Shown piece after piece: positions 14,813 to 29,251 of a DNA stretch of 64,000 bases (its first letter is position 1; each line of letters starts with the position of its first letter). A program made the translations under genes and the position numbers. The DNA comes from Chrysomallon squamiferum (Eukaryota > Animalia > Mollusca), in the NCBI GenBank assembly GCA_012295275.1, contig CM022668.1, positions 4,402,001-4,466,000 of the forward strand, written 5' to 3'. Under the pieces are notes generated by a model. The model was not told the DNA's origin and searched no databases. It saw nothing but the letters and a program-made list of their open reading frames with translations.

Positions 14813-15284
14813 AATCAAATGAAATCAGATAAAATGGATAATGCTAATAACATATATCAATAACTTTTCTGGATTTATTTTTTTTAAATTTTTTTTGTAC
14901 TTTTTTATTTTTTACTATTTGTTTTGGTGTTATTCTTTTATAATGATGATGATGATGACGATCAAGAAATTTATCATGTATCACTGGACACTGAAATTTA
15001 TCATGATATACTGAACACTGAAATATATCAAGTGAAACTAAATATTACCAAGAGTCTGTGTTAAAACGAGACAGGAAATTCGTCGCTGTCACAACTGAAT
15101 ACCGTTACAGACCACAAAGGACTTTTACATTTTGACTTGCAACTTACGAGTTTCCCACAATGATTGGTGGGTACCAGATCTCGTTCTCAGATACGTAGAG
15201 GTAGCCGATGTCGTTGTAGAGGGTGCTGTCCCACTTTAAACGATAATCCACCCATTCCTGTTATAATAATAATAATAATAATAA

Positions 15285-15323
<39 letters not shown>

Positions 15324-15511
15324 GAACAAGAAAAAGAAGAAGAAGAATAACAATAATGAGGATGACGTCAATGATAATGACGATGATTATGATTATGGTA
15401 AGGATAATAATCAGCACGATAATAATACTGATGAATATGGCGATGGTTATTATACTTATGATGACGATGAGATAGAAACAGAGAGAGAGATAGAGAGACA
15501 GAGAGAGAGAG

Positions 15512-15548
<37 letters not shown>

Positions 15549-16710
15549 CATTATTTACCATAAGAAACCATCCGGTGACCGAGAACGACATGCGACGGGT
15601 ATCCTGAAAAGAATTAAACAAACAAGTAAACAAACAAACAAATAAACAAACAAACAAGTAAACAAACAAACAAACAAACAAACAAACAAATAAGTAAACA
15701 AACAAACAAACAAACAAACAAATAAATAAACAAACAAGTAAACAAACAAATAAACAAACAAACCCTACATATGTTTACTTCTCTCTGTTTATTTCAACTT
15801 GTCTTATAATATTTACAAAAATCTCTAAACTGTTCTCACCAAGTCGTTCACGGTCATCAAGTGAAAGATTATTTTTATTCGAGTCGACTGCTTCGGGCGA
15901 TCCAGACTCGAGTAGTTCGTGAATAAATCTTTCCTCAGATCCGCGGAGTATTCTGGAGAGTAGGCTGCACCTACTGTGTGGTAGCCTGTTTAAAGTAAAC
16001 AAGTAGGTAAACAGACAAACAACTGAACAAACAGATAAACAATCAAATAAATAGACAGAGAGACAGACAGACAGACAGACAGACAGGCAGGCAGACAGAC
16101 TTACAAACTAACATACACAACACACATATTAACACACAGATATACATACATACATACATAAATAAAGAGGGATGTACTGTTTGATACATATTAGTTGTTA
16201 ACTAATTAATTAATACAAGAAGATCTATTAACGGTCGTAACAGTAGTTATAATGTTTATATTGGTACTGTAGTAGCAGTAGTTTTAACAGTAGTCGTTGT
16301 TTTGTTAGTGTTATAATAACAACTTAGACAGTAGAAATAGTAGTAACAGTAGTAGCAGTAGTAATAGTAGTTGTAGTAGTAGTAGTAGTAGTAGTTGTAG
16401 TAGTAGTAGTAGTAGAAATAGAAAAAGTGGTTGCTGTTATTTTTGTTTTTGTAATAACAGTTGAAGAATTAGGCGTGGTGTCAGCGTGGTGTAACACCAA
16501 CAGTGCAATTAAAGTTATACTAACGATGAGGGAAATAATATAAATAGTAGTAGTAGTAGTTGTAACAGTAGCAATAATAGTGGTGGTAGTAGTACCACTA
16601 GTAGTAACAGTAGTTGTCATTGTAGTAGAAATTTGTTGTAGTAACAGCAGTAGTGGTGGTGGTGGTAATAGTAGTAGTAGTAGTAGTAGCAGTAGCAGTA
16701 GTAGTAGTAG

Positions 16711-16742
<32 letters not shown>

Positions 16743-16782
16743 ATAGTTGTTGTAGTAACAGCAGTAGTGGTGGTGGTGGTAA

Positions 16783-16815
<33 letters not shown>

Positions 16816-17316
16816 CAGTAGCAGTCGTAGTAGTGGGAGTAGTAGTAGTAGCAGTAGTAGCAGTAGTAGTAATAGTTGTTGTTGTAATAGTAGTAGTTAT
16901 TATGAACACATAAATAGATTCATGTATTAACAAAAAATAAACAGAGATGAATGATCAACATGATGAAGTTAGAAATTAACTGACAAATGTCTCACACTGA
17001 AACGATTTGCAGCAAACTAAAACTGATAAATATGTCTTCAAAATCACTTTAATTAACGATTATATTAAATTATATCGATTTACAGAACAAGAGATAACCT
17101 AGCAAATGTTATCAAAATAATTATATCAAAAAATAAAATTATTTCAGAACCAACCTTCTGCAAGATAACAGTACTGTTAACATGAAATTAAAGTTATTTT
17201 GAAAGACAGTCTTTTACTAATTATAAATGGTTAAAACCAATCTTCTAAATGTTATTGAGACTGTTATGCTAAACATGTAACTACTTACAGCAGAGAATAA
17301 CAAGTAGAAAAAACAT
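12495..17316 (-). CDS. Cys-loop ligand-gated ion channel subunit, divergent non-alpha nAChR-like (copy B), about 415 aa
   Basis: Minus-strand exons 17316-17289 (MFFLLVILC, GTAAGT donor), 15985-15840, 15603-15559, 15257-15148, 14744-14206 and 12874-12495. Exon lengths equal those of copy A (146/45/110/539/380). The total is 1248 nt, open frame. Confidence 0.93.
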
Positions 17317-19320
17317 CGTCCGTCTCCAAACTTCCAATACATTAATCGGCCCAGTAGATCTAAACGTTTTGCCAAAGATTAACACTTTGCAAAAAAAAAA
17401 AAAAGAATTTCAGATTGTTTTTTACTAAACGGCCCAGTATGTATAAATCATAAAGAGTTTGTAAACATTTTGTCCCGTTCCAGCTTTGATTCATAGTTTA
17501 ATTTCGTGTGCACAACAACATCACAGAATAATTGTCGGGCGTTAATAATGTATGAAGTAAATGTTTGCTGGTAATGGAACCGTAATGAAAATCGTTCTGA
17601 GGTAAATAAACTATAATTTTATCGTCTGCAGATAATGAAATTGTGCTATAAACATTTGTGATTTTATGGACAGAATAAAACTGTCTCTTTGTTTGGCGAT
17701 AAAAATATTTGAGTTTAATAATGGTTCGTTGTTTACGATAAGAGCGGACTAAACTGAATCTCTCGATATGTTTAGGGTTTTTTGTTGTTCTTATTATTTT
17801 ATTTGTTGTTTATTTGTTTGGAAGAAAGTCAGGTATTAAAGAGGTTTACCTCTGTGTTAACAATGACACAGCTGTCAGTGAAATCTCACTGTAATACGTG
17901 TTAAATTTTGCTATCAAAGACCAATCTTTATATTAATAAATATCAGTGAAGGTTATTTAAGATATTAATATTACTACCATATAGAATACTACTATTACTG
18001 CTACTGCTACTACCACTCCTTTTTCCTACTACTACTGTTATCACTACTACCACCACCACTATTACAGCTATTATCACTAGAACTTTTATTACTACTGCTA
18101 CATCTCATACTGTTATTACTAATAGAACTACTACTACTGCTACTACTACTACTACTATTACTGCTGCTGCTTCTGCTGATACTACTATTACTGTAACTAC
18201 TACCACTACTATATTAATATTATTACTATTATCACCACAACAACTACTACAACTACTGTTACTACTACCGCTACATCTATTACTACTACCGCTACATCTA
18301 TTACTACTACTAATAAGACTACTACTGTTACTATTACCATTAATACTACTGCGACTACTGCTGTTACTTACAACTACAGCTGTCATTACTATTACCACTA
18401 TTACAACCACCACCACTACTGCTACTACTACTACTACTACTACTATTACTACTACTACTACTCTTGTCCTGTCTCTGTATTGTGATTGTCGTTAAACCAA
18501 AACGTCAAGCCAGAATGTACACGTTTCATTTCTGAGAATACTACTACTGTTACTACTACTACGAATAATAATAACAGCAACAACAAAAAGAGAGCAAACA
18601 AGTAAAAATAGAAAACAAAGCGTCAACATCAACCGTAATGACTATCACAGCAACACACAACAGCAACAATAATAAACAATAAAAATAAAAGAAATTATAA
18701 TTATGATAATAATAATTATAATAAATAAATAATTATTATTAACTTACATAAATATATATATATGAAAACATTTGTCCCCACTATCTATAATTTCCCCCAC
18801 CCTGGATAATTTCCCGCACCCTGGATACTAACCACACTCATTAACCAAATACTGTCTTCATTCTATTAACCCTGTTACAAGACCAATTGTTTTCACTTGT
18901 CCTCGCACAAAAGGATTATGGGATACGTTTTACTGTAGTTCAAAGTTCGATACTGGATCAATGAATCGACGTGTAACAAACAACTAAAGTAATTCACAAG
19001 CGCTACGTTAACTCACACGCAACGAAAAGTAATTTTAGCCGAGTTGTTAAAAGTAATTTTAAAATTATCCCCGTAAACTATTACGTAAATTGTTTTAAAA
19101 TTTTATTTCTATTTCTTACTTTTTCTTTGTTTGTTTAAATTAACTGCGTTATTGTTTTATTACTTTTTTCTAATTTTTTTTCTCTTATTTAATTTTTATT
19201 ATTTAATTACTTAACTTTTTCACTTTTTTTTGTTTCTCATTTATTGTATGTTTCACACACACTCATTCACATAAACACACACACTCTCCACTCATATAGA
19301 CTCTCTCTCTCTCTCTCTCA

Positions 19321-19437
<117 letters not shown>

Positions 19438-19746
19438 GACACAGGTAATTACGTACATTCAGCCCCATTCAGACAGTTACGTAGTTTACGGTGAATGAAC
19501 TCAATCTACCTGTGTACGTATCCAGTGAAGCGGTCAGCTTTGACCAAAATAAAACCTATGTCCACGCATGTGTCCAAAACAGTATTGTTCTTTGTAGCGT
19601 TGCTGTGGACATTGGAAACACAGTGTTAGAACACTGACTCTTTGAACATGTTATTCGTTTCTGATTTCAATGTTGATGCTATGATTTAACGTGATTTGTT
19701 TTTTAAAGTTATAAATCGTGTTAAAAAACTACTACTACTAATAATA

Positions 19747-19867
19747 ATGGCTTTGAAACTAGCGACTGTTTTACTTATTCTAGGAGGGATATGTGTTTTG
19801 AAAACTGAAGGTAAGATAGATTTGTCTACTTTTAAAATGTACGTGTGTGTTTATATATTATATATAT

Positions 19868-19923
<56 letters not shown>

Positions 19924-20411
19924 ATTAAATAATTAAATAAATAATAAATAAAATAAATAAATGAATGAACACCATAAATCACTAGATAAACAAGTAAATG
20001 TATGTCTTTGTCCCTGCATATACACAAACACAAACATACTTCGAAAATAGAATTATTCGTATTATGAATTAATCGTAATATCGACAACAACAACAGTAAC
20101 AACAACAATAACAGTACAGTAACAACATTAAAAGTCACATTTAAGACGTAATATTCAAAATACAAAGATATGTTAGAAATATGTAGCAGTAAACAAGTAT
20201 AATATGCTATGAATACAATTAACCTGTGAAATTTGAATATTCGATGACGAAAACGATTATTCTTTGTTTAGCTCGTGACAGCTGTTTACTGCGCAATGCA
20301 CGCGTGCGGAATACACGCCATTTGCAATTGTTGTAAAACAAAACGTTTAATGTTATATCATAATTATATGTTTTTACTATTAATAGTATTCGTACTACCT
20401 CTACCTCCACC

Positions 20412-20469
<58 letters not shown>

Positions 20470-20620
20470 TATTATCTCTACTGCTACTATTATTATTATT
20501 ATTATCATGGCCGTCGTCCTTAATATTTTATTATTTTGTTCTGTCTGTTTATTACTAATTTATTACTATATTATATCTTACTTGATAATATTCATTTATT
20601 ACTAGTGCTACTACTATTTC

Positions 20621-20657
<37 letters not shown>

Positions 20658-20771
20658 ATTATAATTATATAGCCACTGCTTCTGCTACTAATACTGTTAC
20701 TACCACTGCTATTATTTCTATTGTTATTATTATTATTAATATTAATATTATTACTATTATTATTATTATTA

Positions 20772-20804
<33 letters not shown>

Positions 20805-20882
20805 GTAGTAGTAGTAGTAGTATTTCTGTTATGATTATTATTACTATTATTATTATTATTAGCAGTAGTAGTATTAGTATTA

Positions 20883-20920
<38 letters not shown>

Positions 20921-21045
20921 TATTACTATTATTATTAGCAGTAGTAGTATTAGTAGTGTTACTGTTATTATTATTATTATTATTACTATTATTACTATTA
21001 TTATTATTATTAGCAGTAGTAGTATTAGTAGTATTACTGTTACTA

Positions 21046-21076
<31 letters not shown>

Positions 21077-22008
21077 TATTACTATTATTATTAGCAGTAG
21101 TAGTATTAGTAGTGTTACTGTTATTATTATTATTACTGTTATTGTTGTTGTTGTTGTAGTTGTTGTTGTTGTAACTGGCAGGTTTCGGTGTGGTGTCGGA
21201 GACAGAGTTGAGGTCAGATCTGATGACGAACTACTCGAGCAAAGTGCGTCCCGCGGGGACAGTCAACGTGCAGCTCCTCTTTCAGCTCCTCACAGTCAAC
21301 TTGCTGGTGAGTGTCGGGCTGGGCGTGGTCGGTCACTGAACCCCTCCCAGAGTTACTTGACGAGGGGTGGGGGGGCAAGATATTACATCACCTTGTAACT
21401 CGTTAACACACAAATCAGGATAGATATAAACAATGCGTGTCAAAAGTCTGAATATTATCTTGTGGTAGTTTTATTACGATTGGTTACCAACCTTTGCTAA
21501 TAATAAAGGATATTTTTTGTTTAAATAGTTAGTTTCTGTTTCAGTTTCGAAATCGTCCATGACGTCACATATTTTATGATGTCAAAGATCAGTTATGTTT
21601 TCTTTTATCATAGTTCAGTAGAAGGTTTTGAGGCGTTTGCATATTTTATTTTATTTTTTTGTTTTATTTAATATTATTTTATTTTAATTTTATTTTATAT
21701 TTGTTATTCTGCAGTTATAATTAGTTATTAAGCAAAACTTTGCGTCGAAGTCAGTTAAAGTCAGAAGGAACTATTGAGAAAATTATTAATTATGTTTATG
21801 TGTAGTATAAACCACCAAACCTACCACCAGCCAAAATGATCATCTCCATCATCATTTTTCTGTCTATAACGCACTGATGAAAAGATATTGCTTCTTTCTA
21901 AGAATAACTGACAAGACTCGACAAAATTTAAAAAGATCCTAATAAATGTTAAAATAAATCAAATATTAACCACAAATTATCCCAGTTTTACATTAACTGT
22001 TATTAGAT

Positions 22009-22039
<31 letters not shown>

Positions 22040-22385
22040 GTACACCCTAACAAATAATAACCAGTTTTATTTTTTTGTTTTTTATAATCCTGATTTGAGG
22101 GAGGAAATCCGATTCTAATTATAATATTCAGATATTCAATGCTTCGTAATTATTAGAAGATTAGTTTTGTATAATTAAATGTTTACTTGTCTTTCGTTTC
22201 AGGATGCCAGAACACAAACATTCTCTGTTTCTGGAATATTTACCATGGTGAGTATAATTTGGAAATAACTTTTAGTCATTATAACTGACTTATCGATTCT
22301 CGTGCATAAATTATGTTAATTATAATCTGTTACAGTGCTTTATGATTATTATTTTTATTGTTGTTGTTTTTATTATTATTATTAA

Positions 22386-22426
<41 letters not shown>

Positions 22427-23081
22427 TTATTATTGTTATTGTTATTGTTATTGTTATTATTATTATTATTATTATTATTCTGGTTATTATTATTAACATT
22501 ATAGCCACCTACGTAAACTGCTCATACAGAAGTTAAATTGTTAACATTTGGAAACACAATGAAAAATCTTTACCGCATTAAAATAATCCCTTCCAGTGTT
22601 TTATTGAAATCAGGTCAAGCAAACAGAACTTTTAAAAGTATTATGTTCACCTATGAACATCGGATATGTTGTTATATTCCCCCTGTGAAATAAACTAATT
22701 AACTCACACTGTGAGGTCAGCCTCGTAACAAAGACGTGCGCTTTTTGCGTGTTGATGTCTTCCTATCCGTGACGTTCAGTGCTAATCCGTTTGTACTTGT
22801 TACCATGTTCATAATACACAGCTAGGTAAACAGAAACTAGACACACCGATGAACTTGTAGATATATAATCAGAGGGAGAAGCCGACAGACAGACAGATAG
22901 ACAGACAGACAGTCAGATAGATAGAGAGAAAGATAGATAGACATATAGACAGTTGGAAAGACAGACATTTTCTACATAGCAACTTACCTATGTATTTATA
23001 TTTCTTTATCTCTCTGTTTTTCTGTATATCTGCCTGCCAGCCTACCTACCCATCTACCTATCTATCTATACTGTTTATTTT

Positions 23082-23117
<36 letters not shown>

Positions 23118-23168
23118 CTCACATAATATCTTTCTGAGAGAGAGAGAGAAAGAAAGAGAGAAAGAGAG

Positions 23169-23220
<52 letters not shown>

Positions 23221-23673
23221 TCTAACAGCCTCCATTTTAAAGAGAGAGAGAGCAGAGAATATGTTTATGAGAGAGAGAGAGAGAGATTATCATTTTGTCT
23301 AATAAACATCAATGGCTAGCATCAGTAACAATTAGGAAACCAATTATTTTGTCACTTAGTGTCACTGCGGATAGAACACATTCTGTAGTCACACGTTGAT
23401 GATTTCATTCTTTTCTGTCTACAGCTTCGACCATCACTGTCATTATTTTCTCTTGTTGCTGTTATTGACGATATTATTATTAGAACTGTTGTTATTATTG
23501 CTCATGTTCTTCAGGTTGTTGTTGCTGTTGTTGTTGTTATTGTTGTTGTTGTTGTTGCTGTTATTATTATTATTATTTGCTCTTTTATTGTTGCGGTTGT
23601 TGTTGCTGCTCTTGTTGCTGGTATTAATGTATTATTATTATCATGATTATTATTAGTACCACTATAATTGTCA

Positions 23674-23720
<47 letters not shown>

Positions 23721-23980
23721 GTTATTGTTGTTATTGTTATTATTACTGTCATTGTTATTATTATTATTTAGGTGTGGCACGAAACTCGTCTTGTTTGGAA
23801 CGAGGCTAACTATGGAGGAATAAAATTTATTTTTGCAACTGGGACTGATGTCTGGAAACCAGCATTCGTCGTGGAGAACTCGTCAGTACTTTCATAATCA
23901 TTTTTAATATACCTGTGTGTTGATTTACATAAATATATATAAATGTATGTATGTGTGTGTGTGTGTGTGTGTGTGTATGT

Positions 23981-24073
<93 letters not shown>

Positions 24074-24969
24074 GTATCCAAGTCAATACAGTTTTGTCCC
24101 AAAAAGATATTTTAGAAATTTTTCTAATCATCAATAATCAACAGAGATTGGAAAACATACATACATTCATTCATACATACATACATTATAGCATATATAC
24201 ATACATTTACTAGGTTGCACATCTTATTAGTTACATTAGGTAATTATTTTATTATTATATTTTAGGTGTCATATCTTTATTATGCTATATAAGGATTATT
24301 ATATGTTGTATATGTTTATTATTGCATAATAGGTGTCATATCTTTATTACTATATGTTAAGTTTCATGTCTCTGTTATTTATATTTTATGTATAATATAG
24401 TTTGTATTATTTATGTGTTATTATATTATTATATATTATGTTTCATTTCTTTGTTAATAATGTTATATAATGTCTTTAGCATTGTGCACTTATTACTATT
24501 ATTATTGTTAAATTTGTTTACCATCACATGATTATCTCAAAAGTATTATATTATTTATATTTCAATATTTCAACGAAAGTACAATAGTAAAAATATTTCA
24601 GTATCCATGTAATATTGTTAATTTTTCAATATCGGTGTAATATGATTAATATTTGAACATCAGTGCAATGTTATAAATATTTCACTACAATGCAGAATTG
24701 TTAATATTTCATTAACTATGGAGTTAATATTTCGGTATCAGTTAATATTATTAATATTTCAATATCAGTTAATATTGGTAACATTCCTGTATTAATGAAT
24801 ATTTTATATTCCAGTATCAAATATTATTAATATTTCAGTGTCAGTATTAATGTCGTTAATATTTCATTATTATTATTATTATTTCATCCATGTAATATTA
24901 TTATCTCAGTGTAATATTACATTATCCAGTATAAATTTATATTTCTCGTGTAATATTAAGAATATTTCA

Positions 24970-25011
<42 letters not shown>

Positions 25012-25059
25012 CATTATTATTATTATTTATATCCATTATTAACGATTATTGTTATTATT

Positions 25060-25097
<38 letters not shown>

Positions 25098-25121
25098 TAT
25101 ATCCAGTATCAACGATCTCGG

Positions 25122-25154
<33 letters not shown>

Positions 25155-25209
25155 CTCAGTGTAATATTATTTATATCCAGTATCAACGATCTCGGTGTTA
25201 TATTTCACC

Positions 25210-25270
<61 letters not shown>

Positions 25271-25625
25271 CTCAGTGTAATATGATTTATATTCCAGTAT
25301 CAACGATCTCGGTGTGATATCGGACTCGGAGGTACCGCTACGTATCGACCAAACGGGGGAGGTGGTCTGGAATCCACCCGGTATCTACGCGACCCACTGC
25401 GATATTGACATTGCCTACTACCCGTTTGATACCCAGGAGTGTTACCTGAAGCTGCAGAGCATAGGGTACAACCTGGTAGAGCTGAACATGACGGTGTTTG
25501 GAAACGGGGTGGATTTAAACGACTACAAGCCTAACGGAGAGTGGGACATGATTGAAGCAAAGTCACTGAGGTAGGGATTCGCTCTTGATGATGATGGCGA
25601 TGATGGTGCTGGTCGTAATGATGGC

Positions 25626-25658
<33 letters not shown>

Positions 25659-26000
25659 AATAATAATAATAATAAAAAAACAACAACAATAATAAAAACA
25701 TCTATATCACCATCAGAAGCATTACTATAAATGATTGCAGTACTAATAAAAGTAGTAAAAGTATATTAGACGTAATGATGTTTATTATTATCGAAAAATT
25801 ATATGTCTGTATTACTATCGCCATCATTATCGTCATCATCGTCTTCATATTTCTAATGATAATGTTCATCATCATAATCATTTTATCAATATCAATATTA
25901 TCATCATTGTCATTATTATTATTATTATTATTATTGTCATTATTCATCATCATCATTATTATTATTATAATTATTATTATTACTTTATTATATTTATTCC

Positions 26001-26084
<84 letters not shown>

Positions 26085-27470
26085 TTTGTTGTTATTATTA
26101 TTGTTGTTGTTGTTGTCGTTATCAGATCTATTGTAACCGGTTCTGTGGACGCAAACTCGTACTCCAGCGTTCTCTTCAAGTTCAAGATGACGCGGAAAGC
26201 TCAGTACTACGGCATGAACGTCGTGCTTCCCATCATGGTGCTGTCAGTGCTGTCGTCGATGGTGTTCATACTTCCGCCGGAGTCTGGTGAAAAGATGGGC
26301 TTCTCGCTCACCGTTCTGCTGGCGTTTGCAGTGCTGCTGACGTTAATCTCCGACAGCATGCCCACGACGTCGAGATCCACGTCCATCATGGGTTCGTTTA
26401 CGTTGACAACATTGTTGTTCAGATGATCGGAAATTTCGTCATCTTTGTTGTTGTTGTTATTAGTAGTATTAGTATTAGTATTACTATAACTACCAACATT
26501 ACCATCAGCATACACAGCATAAATCAATGGAGGGTTTGATAATGTAATGTCAAATATATTCATACTATGCAAGATCCACATGCATACACATCCACACACA
26601 GAGACAGATAGATAAATAAACAGACAGACAGACAGACAGACAGATCGATATTGCCATGGATTGTATGCAGTTTGAACTGTAACTGATCTGGCGAATTGAC
26701 GCTCTTTTTTTTTTTTTTTTTTTTCCTTTCATCTGATGTTTTTAGTTTCAACAGTGATCTGTCTTTATTAATTATAAAGTTATACATAAATTTGGACGGC
26801 GAGAAAGTCTATGAAAAAATGAATAAAATGGGAAGAATTTAAAAAATAATAATAATAAAAAAAAATATTAGAAAAAACAAAAACAACGCAGATTAGCGGA
26901 AAAGGTGGATGTTTAAAAGTAAAACTTTAAATGTTTATTATTGTTATTCATGATCATGTATTACAGTTAATCCTGTTGGGCTTTTTTTTTATCTTCTTTT
27001 TCTTGATATTATTTTTATTACTGCTGTTATTGTTGTTGTTGTTGTTGATAAAACCGTTGTTATTTTATACAGGAGTGTATCTTGGCTGTATTCTCTGCCT
27101 CAGCGGGTTAAGTGTCATAGCCTCGGTCTGGATCATGGTCGTGTTCACACGTGACGAGAACTCGGTTGTGCCAAGGTTGACCCAGAAAATCGTCAAAGTT
27201 GCGGCAACGATTATGCTCGTTCCGGGTTACTTGCCATGCACTAGCAAACAAAACAGAATCAATGGAGGTGGGCTTGATGACGTAATCGAAGAAAAGGACA
27301 GTAAAAGTGCAGAAAACGCGAGATCGAAGAAGCACCTGGCGTGGAGTCCGATGGATTATTCTCTCACGTGGAAAGACGTCGCTTTTATTTCAGACTGTAT
27401 ATTTTTTAGACTGTACATGTTAGCTGTGGTATCCGTGACTTTGGTCTGTTTTTTGATGCTTGGAGTCTAA
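19747..27470 (+). CDS. Cys-loop ligand-gated ion channel subunit, divergent non-alpha nAChR-like (paralog C), about 426 aa
   Basis: Exons 19747-19810 (MALKLATVLLILGGICVLKTE signal), 21182-21306, 22203-22247, 23772-23881, 25298-25570, 26126-26391 and 27073-27470 have consistent phases. Cys-loop CDIDIAYYPFDTQEC, GEW, M2 GEKMGFSLTVLLAFAVLLTLISDSMP. Confidence 0.92.
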
Positions 27471-27704
27471 CTAGAGAATAAATGCTGGTTTTGGTAAAAT
27501 AATGCTGAGTTAGAATGGAGGAAATTACGGCAAGGAAGAATCTATGATAGTGGTACTTCCGGTGTCTTGCCAGATGTGTATAATTTGCTTCATGTCCGAT
27601 CATTTGTTTCTTGTAGTCTTCCCTTTGAGTAATTCAAGACGAATCTTATGTAACACTTATAAAATAACATGCATATTTATATTCATATTCATTATATTAT
27701 TATT

Positions 27705-27737
<33 letters not shown>

Positions 27738-28737
27738 GACATCATAATTATTTAACAAAAAATTAATATTAAAAAAAAAAAAAAAAAACCAGGTCACATC
27801 ATTGCTATCGCTATTGTCCATTGTAACGAATAGGGAGCCGACTTATTTCTGAACACATTCCAAAGAAATAACCCAAAATAAACCATTCGTTATATTCTCT
27901 GAAAAATAAACTTAACCTGTTCGAAAGAAAAAAAGCAAAATGAGCCATTCGTTATAATTATTAAAAATAAACTTCACAAAACTAATGGACGCATTTCTCA
28001 GTGACGTCATTATGTACAGAAGACAAAAATATTTTATTTTATTCTCATCACTTAATCACGTTATTTATTATTTATTTTTATGCTTATTAACGTAAATGAA
28101 AATATAAAATCATAATTATTTACATTTTTACACATAAATGCGGTGGTATCTGTTTTTGATAAAATAGATGTGGAATTTGTTGTTATTAAGGATACTGCCA
28201 GAAACAGTGTCATAGATATATTTGATTGTGTATATATTGTGATTGTTATTTATTATAATTAAGTTAATATAAATTTTACACTCTGTGAGAAAGCCTGGGA
28301 TATATATATAAAATAAAAAAATAAAAAAAATAAAATCACTTTCTGCTAATTATTGGATGTAATATAATATTTATTATGACAAGAATGATAAACAGTTTAT
28401 TATTATTGCTTGTATTTTAGTGTTTTATTTCAGTTATTTCTAATTTTGTCTGCCTGTTTGTTCATCAGTTCTTGTAACACTAAAATATTGTAAGAAGAAC
28501 TGCTGATCGAATTAGATGAATTAATATTTGAACAGTGAAAAAAATAAAAATAAGGGACATAACCTGAATTTGTTTTGAAAGCTGTTTTGATTTTATGAGT
28601 TATCTCCCGTATTCCATACGCATTATTATTTGAAAACGGAATCATTCCAGTGTCAGTTTCGAATCGTTTGTTGTGAAAAGCAAACTGTTTATATTATTAT
28701 TGTAATATTACTAGAATAAGTTTCTCAAAAGATGGCA

Positions 28738-28774
<37 letters not shown>

Positions 28775-29251
28775 AAAATAGATAAAAAACAACAACTATT
28801 AATTAAAAATTAAAAATGATAAATTTCATAAAATGTCTTATTGTTTGCTAACATCATAAGCTAATACTCAGATGGAAGATATTTTTAAAATGAACTACTT
28901 AGATAAACAATAATAATTGTAACAACCACACCAAACAAATAAAAAAAGAAATAAATAATAAATAAAAAAGAATCTATATATATGCAACAAACTGTAAATC
29001 TTATGAATTCCCTTCAAGAACTAAAGGATGTTTTGATGCAACTAAAATACGACTACCATTTTCTCCCCCCCAAAAAATGTTTTGTTAATAATAATATTAA
29101 TAACTACAATCATATTACATTTAAATGACACAAAAAAAGAGTGTACAACTGTTTAATATTCGCTTGATTATTAAGAATAAATTAAATTTAACTGAAGGTC
29201 TTATGAGTTTTATTTATGAGTTTTATTTATTTTTTATTTTTCATATTACAG

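Larger units (their letters stand above)
827..17250. repeat. Large inverted segmental duplication (arms about 827-9010 and 11671-17250; unique spacer about 9011-11670)
   Basis: The arms are reverse complements across exons, introns and flanks (e.g. 830-940 vs 17141-17250; 8920-9010 vs 11671-11760). They differ by scattered substitutions and simple-repeat lengths. Confidence 0.95.
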
